DNA from: Heterodontus francisci
Taxonomy: Eukaryota
Assembly: GCF_036365525.1 (NCBI RefSeq)
Contig: NW_027140807.1
Span: forward strand, 1,302,001 to 1,366,000
Length of the DNA: 64,000 nt
Reading direction: 5' to 3'
Shown: one piece after another, positions 1 through 13,928 of the stretch
Position numbering within the stretch: the stretch's first letter is position 1
Layout: each line of letters begins with the position of its first letter
The notes under the pieces: generated by a model
What the model was told of the DNA's origin: nothing
Seen by the model: only the letters and a program-made list of their open reading frames with translations
The model's database searches: none
Position numbers and translations under genes: made by a program

Positions 1-1421
1 GGTGATTCGCGCCCTGACACTAGACAGATTGGTTTGGGAGAGCACGATGCTGTTGGACTACCTGTCTTGCCACTGGATTTGGAGGTTAATGCGGAGGCAC
101 CTCTGGTGTTACTTCTCCTGTGCCTTGAGGTGTCTACTGCAGGATCTCCAAGGTAAGGTCAATGTGGAGGAATATTTATGTAAAGTGACTGATGGGACAA
201 AGCAGTTCAGAGTTATCCACTGTCTAGACAAAGAACCACACACAGACTGACCTCAAACTCACGGAATTTTTCCAAGAACTCAAAGAGCAGGGCCTCATCC
301 ACAGTTTTATCTTCATGTACCTGGGTTCCAAAATTGGAATTTGCACATGTTTGGCCTCCAACCTCCTTGGTTAAAACACACTGGGTGCACTGTGAAAATT
401 TCAGGTCTCCTCATACCTTGGTTCGACTTCATTTGGAGAACTGTGCACTGTACCGTTCTCATTATACATTGGTTAGATCACAACTGGAGCACTATGCACA
501 GTTCTGGCATCTATATACATTGGTTAGACCACATTTAGATCACGGTATAAATATACATAGCAGTAAAGATCGAACAGGCTGGAGTTCTTCTCTAGAAATG
601 AGGGGTGCCCAGATAAGAAGTCTTTAATATTATTAATAGGTTTGATAGGATAGACGTAGAGAAGATATTTTCACTTGAGGCTAAAGACCAGAATTATAAG
701 GCATAAGATACTCACTAAAAATCCAAACGTGAATTCAGGACAAACTTCATTCCCCAGAGATTAGTGAGAATGGGGAACTCACCACCACAGGCAGTGGTGG
801 AGGTAAATAGTATTCAGTGGGATACTAGTAGACATACGAGGCAGAAAGGATTGACAGGAGATGCTGAGAAGATGAGATAAAGAGGGATGAAAGGATGTAT
901 CTGTGGAACATCAACACCTGTATAGATCCGTTCACCTGATGCTGTGTTCTATATTGTCTGCAGTTCTATATAGTCAACGTCAGTATCTGAAAGAGGGGAG
1001 AAAGTTGGAAAGCCGATCTGGAACTTCCCAAGGAGTTCTACAGCCAATGAAGTGCTTCTGTTGAATTACAGGCATGTTGGTCTTAGTTTCATGGGGGATG
1101 GGAGTACAAGAATAAGGAAGTCGTATTACACTTGTATTGGGTCTTGGAGAGAACACACCTGGAGTACTGTGTGCACATATTTGGACAGGGATCCGAATGA
1201 TCGGGCTGCAGATGTCAATGAAACAGAACTGCAGTTCCAGAAAGCGATTACCAGGAGTCTACCCCGGAAATGAAAGAAAACTGGGTCCCGCCTATCTGAA
1301 TGATAAAGTGATGGAGAGGAAAGCTGTGAATTTCAGTCAGTGCCCAGAACTTTGAGATACTCTACAATAAAAGTGCTCAGTCACTTCATATAAAACCACA
1401 CGGATCCTTTACCCTCCAGAG

Positions 1422-2037
1422 ATGGCTGTCTCTCAGCTCTGGGTTGTGTTGTTGGTGTTAACGGGTAAGGAGGTGTCTGAACTGTGAGGTTACAATGATG
1501 TACATGTGTCTCTGCTTCTCAGTCTCTGTCTGTCTTTGTCTCTCTCCTTCTCCCTCTATATTTCTTTCTCTGTCTCTCATTCTCTCTCTCTCTCTCTCTG
1601 CCTTTATCTCTGCCTCTCTGCCTCTAACTTGTCCCCAGCGCGCTCTCTCTCTCTCTGCCCACTTCTACCTCTTCTTGTTTGTAACGATATAGACAATGTC
1701 CCTGGGTAAATCTCTTTCTCTCTCTCTCTGTATTACAGATGTGGGGGCCGTGTTGATCCAACAGACTCCTGCTTCCATATCCCATTCCCCAGGCTCTCCA
1801 GTCAGTATCCAGTGCGTTTACACAAAGGCAGATGCTGGCTCCTATTTCTACTGGTACCGGTGGCATCCGGACCGTGATCCAGAGAACCTTTTCTATTCCA
1901 ACCTCGCTGGAACGGTCATTCCCTCCGGTGAGGTGGACGGTTTCACTGCCAGAAAGCCCGACAACACCCATTTTTACCTGGAGTCCTCCAGCCTGTGGGC
2001 GAATCAATCAGCCGTGTATTACTGTGCCTGGAGTCTG
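1422..2037 (+). CDS. TRBV: TCR beta V segment V1 (family A, CAWS type), apparently functional
   Basis: Leader exon 1422-1464 (MAVSQLWVVLLVLT, phase-1 GT) and V exon 1739-2037 (DVGAVLIQQTP..C..WYRW..AVYYCAWS). 23-RSS: CACAGTG 2038-2044, GCAAAAACT 2068-2076. TATA-like TATAAAA near 1389. Confidence 0.95.
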
Positions 2038-2170
2038 CACAGTGACTCAGAAAGGCGCCGGAGTTCAGCAAAAACTCTAAAGGAGGAGGAAAGCACTTGT
2101 GGGAGATAAACCTGTCTGTCTATCTCTGTGTCTTTCTGTCTCTCTGACTATCTGCGATTTTCTGTGTCTC

Positions 2171-2383
2171 NNNNNNNNNNNNNNNNNNNNNNNNNNNNNN
2201 NNNNNNNNNNNNNNNNNNNNNNNNNNNNNNNNNNNNNNNNNNNNNNNNNNNNNNNNNNNNNNNNNNNNNNNNNNNNNNNNNNNNNNNNNNNNNNNNNNNN
2301 NNNNNNNNNNNNNNNNNNNNNNNNNNNNNNNNNNNNNNNNNNNNNNNNNNNNNNNNNNNNNNNNNNNNNNNNNNNNNNNNNNN
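2171..2383. other. Assembly gap (others at 14713-15297, 18003-18152, 52266-52411)
   Basis: Runs of N, each next to simple or tandem repeats. Confidence 0.99.
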
Positions 2384-3349
2384 CTCTCTGTCCAGTTTTG
2401 GTTATATTGCACCATTTATCTATCTATTTACCTTGATCATATATATATATTTGCCATCGATTTATCTACCTGTCTCTCACCTCTCTAAATATGCATCCAC
2501 CATATATCTGACGTTTACCATTTATCTAACACCATTATTCACACCATACCAGTTTAATTATTGATATATCATGAATTGTATTTTGCTGATAGTTTCATCT
2601 TCTTGCTCTCCTTCGACTCAGAGTACATCAATACATTATGAATTATTAACAATGCTGCAGCAATGTGCTCAGATCCTTCTCGTTCAGGCAGCCTCTACCT
2701 GTCAAGAACAGATTCCGAGGTGGGGTAAATGGGTTCATGGTCCTGTTGAATGAGCTGTCGGTGGTTTATGACAAGAGTTACACATAGCTCCCTCTTGTAC
2801 ATGTCCCCAGTGATTCATACAATGCAAAAGTGAGACACCTCCCCAGATAGGTCTCTTACTGGAACACCTGCCTCTTGACGGTGGTTTGAGCATCTGTTCA
2901 AAACAGTTAACCCACTTCTTCATGACACTGTCGCTTTTCAAAGTATCTAAGATTTCACCCCAATGTAAAACATAACCCTTGAATTGTTGTTTAGCACAGG
3001 GAAAATAAATTTTGATCTGCCTAATACAAACAAGCAACTTGATGCGTCTTATATATTTATAGAATCATACAGCACAGGCAAAGGCCATTCAGCCTATCGA
3101 GCCTGGCCCGTCTGTTCGAAAGAGCTACCCTATGCAACACCAATCAGACACAAGCAACGAGAGCCAGATACAGACGGGAAGCAGTTCCTTATTCAAGCTC
3201 CTTCCGACCAGGGGGTGTTATTATTCTGTCATACCAGAAGTGAGGGGTCAGAAGGAAACCCTGATTCCAGTGCTGTCATTTCCGCTCTCTGCTTTATCTT
3301 CAGCCGCCTGATATTGATTCATGAACAGATTCAGCCCCCAGTCTGCAGG

Positions 3350-4165
3350 ATGCAGTTAGTCAAACTCTTCCTAATCGTCTGTTCTCTTCTTCCATGTAGG
3401 TATTCATTGTTCATAAAGATACCTCTGCTAAAATACATGCTGTGTTTTCATTCACTACTAACTTCTATCAAACTAGATTGATAAAACATCATTGCAGTCG
3501 ATTTTCTGTCATTTCTTAAAATACATACTTTACTTTCACTGTAAATAATATTTACTTAATGAAATTGTTGACTGAATGAAAGTTACTTATATATTCGTGA
3601 CGCTACTACAGCTATCTTTAACCGATAAGTTTGCCCTCATTCTGGGTTAATTTGTCTCTCTCATATCACTTGCTCCATTATTTTTCAGTCACGATATCTA
3701 TCTGTTTATTATCTATATATCTACAAATATATCATTTAACTATTTATTGTCTGCCTATATAGTTATCTAGTATTATCTACTTATCTGTTTGGATAGTTAT
3801 AGTTGGTTATCATATGTCACAATATGTTCCAAACTTTTTTAACTATTCTCCTTATTTCTCAAGGCAAAACTTTAGCAGAGGTGATACACCAGTGGCCAAC
3901 TCTGGTGGCAGTGAAGGGAGGCGAACCAGCAGAATTAAACTGTTACCAGAATGACAGTAGTAAGAGCATTATGATGTGGTATCGGCAGTATGCCGGGCAG
4001 GGGCTTACCCTAATGGGCTATTCTTACACTGGAAGCTCACCCACGTACGAAGGAAAATTTGAAGAGGAGGTGAAGATTTTAAGGCCCGAGGACAAACGAT
4101 GCAGCCTGAGGGTCCTCAAGGTTAAGGCTGCGGATGCGGCGGTGTATTACTGTGCAGCCAGTGAG
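3350..4165 (+). CDS. TRBV: TCR beta V segment V2 (family B), apparently functional
   Basis: Leader 3350-3395 (MQLVKLFLIVCSLLP) and V exon 3864-4165 (EVIHQWP..NCYQ..WYRQ..DAAVYYCAASE). RSS: CACAGCG 4166-4172, 23-bp spacer, ACAAAAACC 4196-4204. Confidence 0.93.
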
Positions 4166-4534
4166 CACAGCGCTGCAGACTGCCTTAGTGCCAGTACAAA
4201 AACCAACAGGGTGAACAAAACAACTGACTGACATACAGGAGCAGTGACAATGGTTAATGTCTCTCCCTGCCTCACCGGCCGTTTTCCAAGCTGGTGATTC
4301 CCGGATTCCAGAACCTTCATCAAGGGCTGAATGACAGGGAATGACAGAAGGTATGAGGAAGAGAGAGAAGGAAAGAAAGAGATGTGCCTCAGATCCCCTG
4401 CAAAATTTCAAAGTCCTCGTCTACACTGTTTAATTTCTGGCACTGAGTATGTTAAAACTGAGTCACAGTCACTTCCTATACTTGATTAATTAGAAGTTTA
4501 ATTAATGATCTAAATAAGACAGATAGTTTACATC

Positions 4535-5040
4535 GCCATTGTGAAGTGATGGATAGAGTAGCAATCATCTACAAGGCACAAGGTAGGAGTGTGATGGAAT
4601 ACTGTCCACCTGCCTGGATGGATGCAGCTCCAACAACACTCAGGAAGCTCAACACCATCCAGGACAAAGCAGCCCGGTTGTTCAGTACCCCATCTACCAC
4701 CTTCAACACTCACTCCCTTCACCACAGTGGCAGCAGTGTGTTCCATCTACAAGATGCACTACAGCAACGCATCGAGTGTCCTTAGACAGCACCTTCCAAG
4801 CCCACCAACTCTACCACCAGATGGACAAGGGCAGTAGACTCATGGGAACACCACCACCTGCAAGTTCCCCTCCAAGCAACACACCATCCTGACTTGGAAC
4901 TATATCGCCGTTTCTTCACTGTCACTGGGTAAAAATCATGGAACTCCCTTCCTAACAGCACTGTGGGTGTACCTACCCTACATGGACTGCAGTGTTTCAA
5001 GAAAGCAGCTCATCACCACCTTCTCAAGGGCAAACAATTG
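4535..5040 (+). mobile_element. 3' fragment of a LINE (CR1/L2-like); related copy on - at about 24500-25050
   Basis: Encodes MEYCPPAWMDAAPTTLRKLNTIQDKAARL and ..SWNSLP, which resemble an ORF2 C-terminus. Confidence 0.7.
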
Positions 5041-5379
5041 CTGGTCTTGCGAAAGAAATTCACGTCCCATGAACGAATAAGAAAAAACAATTATATCAGG
5101 TCTTCCAGGACTTCAAGACGCCCCAAAACAGTTAACAGCCAATTAAGAACTGGAAAATGATAGTCAGATCCTCTGCAACTTCTTCTCTTGCTTTGATTTT
5201 TTAAAATTCATTCTGGGGAGCTGGGTCCCTCTGAGAAGGCCAGTAGTTATTCAACATCACTCATTGCCCTGGAGAAGGTGTGTGTTGCCTTGTAGATAAC
5301 TGAAGGGTTTGCTAGGTAATTTCAGATAGCAGTGTACTTAAAACACGGAAGCCAACTGGTGTACAGTACCATGCCATAG

Positions 5380-5428
5380 GCAGCATAGACAGGCAGATAG
5401 ATAGCTAGGAAGGCAGACAGGCAGACAT

Positions 5429-5511
<83 letters not shown>

Positions 5512-5825
5512 TCAGGCAGATAGATAGATAGAAATACAGATGTGTAGACAGATTGATAGATAGACAGACAGATAGGTAGACAGATAGATGGACAAATAGT
5601 CAAATAGATTGTTAGACAGACAGATATGCAGATAGGTCGATATGAAGACAGACAGACAAAAGATAGGTAGATATGAAGACAGACAGATGGATTCATACAG
5701 ATAGAAAGACAAATTGACACAGATAGACAGACAGACACACAGCCATGCAGCTGGATAGATAGAGATAAAGATAGACAGATAGCTACAGAGATAGATAGAT
5801 AGCTATATAGATAAACAGACAGAGA
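5380..5825 (+). repeat. (GATA)n/(GACA)n microsatellite region
   Basis: Pure GATA run at about 5430-5499 with degenerate flanks. Confidence 0.9.
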
Positions 5826-5969
5826 TCTTTTTCTCCCTTTCTCCATCTATCTCTATCACTGCCTCTCTTTTACTCTATCTGTTTTTCACCATATCATCCT
5901 CTCTGATTCTGTCTCGCACTATGTCTCTCGCTCATTCCTTGGCACTTTCACACACACTCTATCACTCCA

Positions 5970-7570
5970 ATAGAATCATAGAAAGTTTAAGGAACAGCAA
6001 GAGGCCACTTGGCCCATCGTGTCGGTGGCGGCCGAAAAACAATCCACCTATTCATATCACACCTTCCAGCATTTGGTCCATAGCCCTGCAGATTACGGCA
6101 CTTGAGGTGCATATCCAGACTCCTTTGAATGAGTTGAGAGTGTCTGCCTCAACTACCCTTTCAGGCTTTGAGTACCTGACACCCACTACCCTCTAAGGCT
6201 TTCCTTATCTCCCCTCTAATTCTTCTACCAATCACATTATATCTCTTCCCCCTCGTCACTGATCTCTCTGCCAAGATGAATAGACCCTTCACCTCCACTC
6301 TATCCAGGCCCCTTCAATATTTTGCACATTTCAAACAGACCTCCCCTCAGCTTTCTCTGTTCCAAGGAGAACAACCCCAGCCTATCCAATCTTTCCGCAT
6401 AGCTCCATTTTCCAGTTCTGGCAACATCCTCGTAAATCCCCTCTGTACCCTCTCTAGTGCAATTACATTCTTTCTGCAATGAGGTGACCAGAACTGCACA
6501 CAGTACTCAAGTTGTGGCCCAACCAATGAGTGATACAGTTCCAGCATAACCTCCCTGCTCTTGTATTCTGTACCTCAGCTAATAAAGGAACGGATTCCAT
6601 ATGCCTTCTTAACCACCTTATCGACCTGTCCTGCTACCTTCAGTGATCTGTAGACATTCACTCCAAGGTCCCTCACTTCCTCTGCACTTCTCAGTATTTT
6701 CCCATTAATCGTGTATTCCTTTGCCTTGTTTGACCACCCCAAATGCATCACCTCACACCTCTCCAAGTTGGATTCCATTTGCCACTCTTCTGCCCATCTG
6801 ACAAGACCATCAATATCTTCCTGCAGCCTACACCAATCCTCCATGCGATCTACCACACGGCTAATCCTTGTGTTGTCCACATACATTTGGATTATGCCCC
6901 CCTACATTTACATCCAAATCGTTAATAAATACCACAAAAAGCAGGGAACCCAATACTGAGCCCTGTGCAACGCCACTGCAAACAGCCCTCCAGTCGCTAA
7001 AACAACCATCAACAATTACCCTTTGTTTCCTGCCACTGAGCCAATTTTGTATCCACCTTGCTGCATTTCCCTGGATCCCATGGGATTTTGTTTTTTTTAA
7101 CCAGTCTGCCATGTGCAGCCTTTTCAAAAGCCTTGCTAAAATCCAGGTAGACCACGTCAACTGCACTACCCTCATCTATCTTCCTTGTTACTTCTTCAAA
7201 AAATTCGATCGAATTGATCAAACAAGTTCATCCCTTAACAAATCTATGCTGACTATCCTGGATTAATCTGTGCCTTTCTAAGTGACAGTTTATCCTGTTT
7301 CCCAGAATAGATTGCAATAATTTGCTCACTACTGAGGTCAGACTGACTGGCCTGTAATTAGTCAGTCTATCCTTCTCTCCCTTTTTAGACGGAGACACAA
7401 CGTTAACAATTCTCCAATCCTCCGGCACCACACCTGTAATCAGTGAGGACTGCAAAAAGATGGTCAGACCCTCTGCTATTTCTTCTCTTGCTTCTTTTTG
7501 CAGCCGAGGATTCATTTCATCCTGCCCTGGTGATTTATCAACTTTCAAGGATGCTAATCCCATTAATGTT
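5970..7570 (-). mobile_element. 5'-truncated CR1-type LINE (degenerate ORF2 reverse transcriptase)
   Basis: Minus-strand peptides KSPGQD, NYRPVSLTSVVSK, VDVVYLDFSKAF, GVAQGSVLG and LEYCVQFWSP. Confidence 0.92.
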
Positions 7571-7638
7571 TCCTCCCTCAGCTTCGCTCCCTTAAATCCA
7601 GAGCAACCAGCAGAAAGTGTCTTAGATCCGCCGCAAAC

Positions 7639-7970
7639 ATGCCATTCAATTTCATCGACGTTTGCTATTTTCCTTCTGTCGCTGAGTATGTTTAAATTCT
7701 GTCACAATCACTGTTTTACAATTGATCAACTGATTAATGATCTCAACAAGACTGTGCGGTGGTGACTTGTGAAATCAGCAATCAATTATTGAATATAAGA
7801 CAGTGAACTCATTAATCTGCTCCCTTTTTTGGCAACAAAAGTGTTAAGAATATACTGTTAACCATATAACATCTACACCCACTTTTACTCATGTAGATTT
7901 CACTATTCTGCTTTACATCTGTACAGATACTGGGAGGAAATTAGGACAAAGACTGAATTTGTATCGTTAA
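7639..7970 (+). pseudogene. Orphan frameshifted leader exon plus partial intron, paralogous to V3; no V exon follows
   Basis: About 7570-7970 aligns by eye to 8670-9075. The leader has a 1-nt insertion relative to the V3 leader and keeps its GT donor. Confidence 0.75.
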
Positions 7971-8727
7971 TTCCGTGGGTAATAATCCTCTGCAGGAGAG
8001 GATGAAACACTGAGAAGGAGGATGAATTTCAGGAAGTGACTTGAAGAAGCCCACAGCATGGGTTTCACTGGGAAAGGAACAAACACAGCTTGTTGCAGTT
8101 GCGCCATGCTGCCACTGGTCGGCGCAGTGGCTCCACTATATTTCGCGCCACCACAGGCTTTGGCGCCGCTGATCAATGAGTCAATTCCTCTGCTTCGGCA
8201 ATCTTTTCACTTTAAAGGCTAAACGCAGTTAGATTTCCACTTTACAGTGATGTTACATGAGCCGCCGCCGCTGCCATCGAACTATCCACCTTCTCTTCCT
8301 CCACTACTGATTTTAATTTGCAAAAGGATGTTAATAATCCCCTGTTGTGCGCCATAAGCTCTGGAGTCACTCAAAGCAGCTATCGTTGCACCGCCCCTTG
8401 TTTTTTTCACCTACCCTCTCCAACACCTCGCTACCTTCAAAATTTCCCTCGATTCAGCATGAAAGCAAGCTCACAAAGGGAAGAGAGTGAAGATATTGGC
8501 AGCAGAGTAGAAAGTGGGGTGGACGGAGGGAAATGGAGAGAAGAAACAAGTGGAAAGGGGCGGAAGGAAGCGAACAAAAGAATGGGAGACAACTTAAAGG
8601 TAGGGGCGGGGATCATTGCCTTGAGATAACTTCCTCTGATGACGATCCGCTCTGCCTACACCTCATCTCTCTCCCTCCCTTAAAACCCAGAGTAACCAGC
8701 AGAAGGTCTCTCAGATCCACAGCAAAC

Positions 8728-9461
8728 ATGTCTTTCAGTTTCATCGTCTTTGCTATTTCCCTTCTGGCGCTGAGTAGGTTAACACTCTGTCCCAATCACT
8801 CTTCTACATTTGATCAACTGAAAGGGATGATTAATGATCTCAATAAAACTGAGCGGCGGTGACCTGTGAAATCAGTAATCGATTATTTCATATCAGACAT
8901 TGTACTCATTAATCTGTCCCCTAGTTTGGGAAGACAAGTGTTATTAATATGATGTTAACTCTTTAATGTTTGCACCCACTTGCAAGCTTGTGGATTCCAC
9001 AATTCTATTTTACATTTGTAAAGATCCAGGTACTTGCAGGAATTTAGGACACAGACCGAATTTCCGTCGTTAATTCGGTGCAACACCGACGTCCATCGTC
9101 TCAATTGTAACTCCATCGATACTAGTTCATTCCCTCTAATTTCTCTTTCTAGGTGTTTGCCGGGGTGATGTGATACATCAATGGCCTCAGTCACTGGCTG
9201 TTAAACAACCAGGATCAGTGGAAATGAACTGTCTGCAGAAAGGAAAGATTCGCAACTACATGTACTGGTATCGTCAGTCCCCCGGCAGAGGATTCCTGTT
9301 AATCGGGTTTAACTTTCTAAGCAATGATCCTCAGTATGAAGATGGATTTAAGAGCGGATTTGCAATCACGAGGACTCTGGAAAATAAGAAATCCACTCTG
9401 ACGATCGAGAGTGTGAACGCCACGGACGAGGCGGTGTATTTCTGTGCAGCTGCTGATGGGA
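8728..9461 (+). CDS. TRBV: TCR beta V segment V3 (family C), apparently functional
   Basis: Leader 8728-8773 (MSFSFIVFAISLLAL) and V exon 9153-9461 (GDVIHQWP..NC..WYRQ..DEAVYFCAAADG). RSS: CACAGCG 9462-9468, 23-bp spacer, ACAAAAACC 9492-9500. Confidence 0.93.
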
Positions 9462-10084
9462 CACAGCGGTTCAGAGTCATTGGCTGCCTTGACAAAAACC
9501 CTCACATGTCTCCCTTCAAATAGATGCATTTAACCCAGCATTCGGTGAAGAGCAGCCCTGGGTGATCGGATGCGGATCTGCATCTGTTCAGTGCCCGTCC
9601 GAGTCGCAGAAAGCCCATGTTCTAACTCCCCGCAACCTCCAGACAGACAACACACACTGTCTGTGCCCACACCTGTATAATGGTTCATCGAACGGCTCTT
9701 CAACACGTACCTCGGTTACACCACACCTGGAGCACTGTGCACAATTCTCAGCTCTATATACTTTGTTTAGACGACACCTGAAGTGCTGAGGACAATGCTG
9801 AGGGTGACCTGTTAGAGGTGCTCAAGATTATGAAGGAATATGATAGGGTAGAGGTAGAGAAGATGCCTGCACTTGTAGGGAAGGTCATGAATACATCATA
9901 CTCACTAATAACTCCAAGAAATGAATTTACACAGAGTGGTGAGAATGTGGAATTCACTAGCACACAGAAATAAATGATGTGTATAACCAGATATATGTAA
10001 ATGGATGCTGGATAAAAACATTAGGGAGCAGGAAATAGCACCTCATACTGATAGGGCTGGATGAAGAAATTGTTTACGTTCTTT

Positions 10085-10850
10085 CATCAGATGTGGGAAT
10101 AAAATGTGAGAATAAGCTAACCAGCAATATAAACACAGATGGTGGGAGCTTTTACATAAAAAGTAAGAGAGTAGCTAAAGTTGATGTTGGCGCCTTAGAG
10201 GTAAAGACAGGAGAAATTATCATGGGGAATAGGGGAATAGGGGAATTGAACTAATATTTTGTGTCTTTCTTCACAGTTGAAGACACAGGTTCCATACCAG
10301 AAATAGGAAGTTATCTGGGGGCTAAAAAGAGTGAGGCAATTAAGGATTTTCATATCAATTGAGAAAAAGTCTTCGAGAAATTTGAGGGATTAAAATGCGA
10401 CAAGTCCCCTGGAGCAGATGGATTACATCCCAGGGTTCTAAAAGAGATAGCTGCAGAGATAGTGGAGGCACTGGCTATGATTTTCCAGAATTCCTTAGAT
10501 TCAGGAATGGTGCCATCGGATTGAACGCTGACAAATGTTACACGGCTTTTCAAAAAAGGAGGTAATGAGAAATCTCAGGACAGGGGATCAATCATTCCGA
10601 ACTGAGATGAGGAGAAATTGCTTCACTCAAAGCGTTGTGAACCTTTGGAATTCTCTACCCTAGAGTGTTGTGGATGCTCCTTCATTGAATACATTTAAGG
10701 CTGGGATTTCTGATCCCTCAGGAAATCAAGGGATATGGGGAGTAGGCAGGAAAGTGGAATTGAAGCCCAAGATCAGCCATGATTATTGAATGATGGAGCA
10801 AGCTCAATGGGATATATGGTCTACACCTGCTCCTATTTCTTGTGTTCTGT
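10085..10850 (+). mobile_element. CR1 LINE fragments
   Basis: DKSPGADGLHPRVLKE motif followed by a CR1-type 3' end. Confidence 0.75.
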
Positions 10851-11759
10851 GGGTCTGGAGTCACATGTAGACCAGACCAGGTAAGGACGGCGGATTTCCT
10901 TCACTAAAAGACATGAGTGAGCCAGCTGGGTGACAGGGCCCCTTAACTGAGACTAGCTTTCAATTGCAGATTTTCTGATGAAATAATTATATTTCTTCAT
11001 TAATTGAATTTAAATTCCACCATCTGACCTCATGGGATTCGAACACATGTCCCCTGGAGATTCACTCCATCCTCTGGATTATCAGCTCAGTGACATGCCA
11101 ACTACACCACCACCTGCTCCAGCCTAGTCTGGAACATGGTCCCATCGGGACGAATAGCCTGAATTTGTGCTGCATATTCTATCTAATTCGATGTCACCAG
11201 CTTCACCAGCCGAAGCAATGGATAAAAATGGGAAGACGGAGCAATTTCAAAGCATGTCTTCATAATGCCTATTTTATCAATTGCACTGTGCAAAGCTCAG
11301 GTGCCTGTAGTTACACATTACAGCCACGAGATGGGGATGGAGCTCCACCGCAGCCTGAGTCCCACTCGCTTCTGCAAAGACTGAGCGAGCAATGCAGCAG
11401 TGACTTGACCAATCTACCGAATAGTCAATTCCACTAACTCTGAAACAGATTCAAATCATAATCATTCCACACAAAATAGACAACTGGATTTTCCCAAGTC
11501 TGCTCGTTCATAGTGACTGGTTTGACCAACACTTGTGATATACTGAAACAGATGATCTGAAGGACGTAAAGAGGGGAAGCAAAGTGAGAAAACAGTGAAA
11601 GAAAAATGAAGAAGGAGGCATTTTATATAAAAAACACATATTCAGGGATGCGCACATCACTGACAAGGCCAGAATTCATTGCCTATGCAGAATTTCCCTT
11701 AACTGAATGACTTGCTAGTCCATTTCAGAGGCAGTTAACAGTGAACTACATTGCTATCA

Positions 11760-12715
11760 GGTGATGCATTTTGGCAGAAGGGAGACAGAGAGGAAATACT
11801 GACTTAATGACATAGGCCTAAAGAGTGTTCAAGGACAGAGGGACCTGGGGGTTAATGTGCATAGATCTTTGAAGGTGGCAGGACATATTGAGAGAGAGGT
11901 TCACAAAGCTTATGGGATCTTGGGATTCATGAATAGAGGTATAAAGTACAAAAGCAGGGAGGTTATGCTCAACATATATGAGGTTCTGGTTAGGCCCCAA
12001 CTTGAGTACTGAGCCCGGTTCTGGTCACCACACTTGAGGAAGGATGTAGGGTCCTTGAGAGGGTGCAGAGGAGATTTACTGGAATGGTTCAAGGGATGAG
12101 AGAGTTTCGCTGCATGGTTAGGTTGGTGAAGCTGGGGTTGTTCTCCTTGGAGCAAAAGAGATTGAGGGGAGATTTGGTAGAAGTGTACAAAATGAAGAGA
12201 GGTTTAGATAAAGTAGACAAAGAAAAACTGTTCCCATTAGCTGATTGTACAAAGAATAGGGGACGAAGTGGATAGGAATAAAACAGAGAATAAAAGCTGT
12301 GATAAACTGAAATCTGGTAGGGAATTCACTAGAATTCTTTACCCAAAATACAGAATTCACTGTCAGCAGAAACTGCTGAGACAAAGACTGGAAAAGGAAG
12401 AGGCCATTCAGCCCCTCAAATCTGTACCACCATTCAATGAGATCATGGCTGATCTGTGATCTAACTCCATATTCCCGCCTTTGCCCCATATCCCTGAATA
12501 TATTTTGGATCACAAAAACCTATCCATCTCCGATTTCAAATTAACAATTGATTCAGCATCAATTTCCGTTAGCAGAAGAGAGTTCAAACCTCTCCACCCA
12601 TTGTGTGTAAAAGTGTTTCCTAATTTCACTCCTGAAAGGTCTGGCTCTAATTTTTAGTCTTTGCCTCTTAGTCCTAGATTCCCAAACCAGCGGTAATAGT
12701 TTCTCTCTATCTACT
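11760..12715. mobile_element. CR1 LINE 3' fragments (+ strand, then an inverted piece)
   Basis: RDLGVNVHRSLKV and LGLFSLEQKRLRGDL on +; an inverted 3' end from about 12390. A paralogous block lies at 34450-34940. Confidence 0.8.
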
Positions 12716-12843
12716 CCCAAAGACTAAATAAATACAACTTCAAACTGGAGACCTCCAGCCTGCGGGAGAATCACTCGGCCGTGTATTTCTGTGCCTGGAG
12801 AGATCACAGTGACTCAGAGAGATGGAGCCGTTCAACAACAACA
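12716..12843 (+). pseudogene. TRBV: V4: 3' remnant of a family D V segment with its RSS
   Basis: Only FKLETSSLRENHSAVYFCAWRD remains, fused to LINE-derived sequence upstream. Heptamer CACAGTG 12805-12811, 23-bp spacer, degenerate nonamer ACAACAACA 12835-12843. Confidence 0.9.
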
Positions 12844-13928
12844 CCAAAGGCAGCAGGAAACACCTGTGGAGGATACTGTTCCCTCATGCAGAGTGACAGT
12901 GCTTATTGCAATAAAAAGAGTTGAGTTATGATTATAGTGACACAGTAGATTTACAGGTACTGCCGAGGGTGCAAAGAAAGATTAATAAATATGTCACGAG
13001 ATTTCAGAATGTAATTATCAGGAATCAATGACAATAATCCGGGTTTTTATGCACTGACCCTGTTTGTACCTTCTCCACAGGGACAGCAGAGGGGGATCCA
13101 GGACCATGGAATGGACAATGGCTTTGTGAAGGATTTAGTGAGAAAACTAATAGAGCAGGAGATCATGCAGATCCAGCTTGATATACATGAACAGGACAAG
13201 GACACCCACTTCATTAGAGAGAGAAAGAGTGTGTGTGTGAGAGAGAGAGAGAGAGCTAGTGAGAGAGAGGAAAAACGACAGACAGTGTTAAAGAGACTGA
13301 GACAGAGAGAGAGACAGAGCTGGAGGCAAAGACAGCGAGACAGCAAGAGACACATAATGAGAGACAGAGAGAGAGAGACAGAGAGAGAGAGACAGAGAGA
13401 AAGAGAGACTGAGATAAAGAGCCTGCGGCAGATAGGGAAATAGATCTAGAGAGAGCCAGAGAAAGAACTAAAGAGATAGTAAGAGTAAGAGAGAAGGAGA
13501 GTCAGAGAGAATGAGAGAGTGGGAGACATGACCCGAGATACATGAGGAGAGAGGGAGAGTCAGAGAGAGAAAGTGAGTGAAGATAGACTGAGATAGAGAG
13601 GGAGAGAGAGTCTGAGAAAGGAAGAGAGTGGGAGACATAACCCCAGACACATGAGGAGAGAGAGAGAGAGAGACAGAGAGAGAGCGCAAGAGAGCGGAAG
13701 GTAAACTGAGATAGAGAGAGAGAGAGACAGAGAGAGAGAAGGAGATTGGCAACCAATTCAATTCTGATTTGTTGACCTGGGGGAATGGGCGTCACCAACA
13801 TTGTATCACTTCCTAATGCTCTTCATGTTTCTCCGAATGAATTATAAAGAGTGGATTTGGACCCTCACAAGACTCTAAGCTCCTGCTCTCACTCCTGTGT
13901 CTATTAAGAGAACATATTGTAGTGAAAG

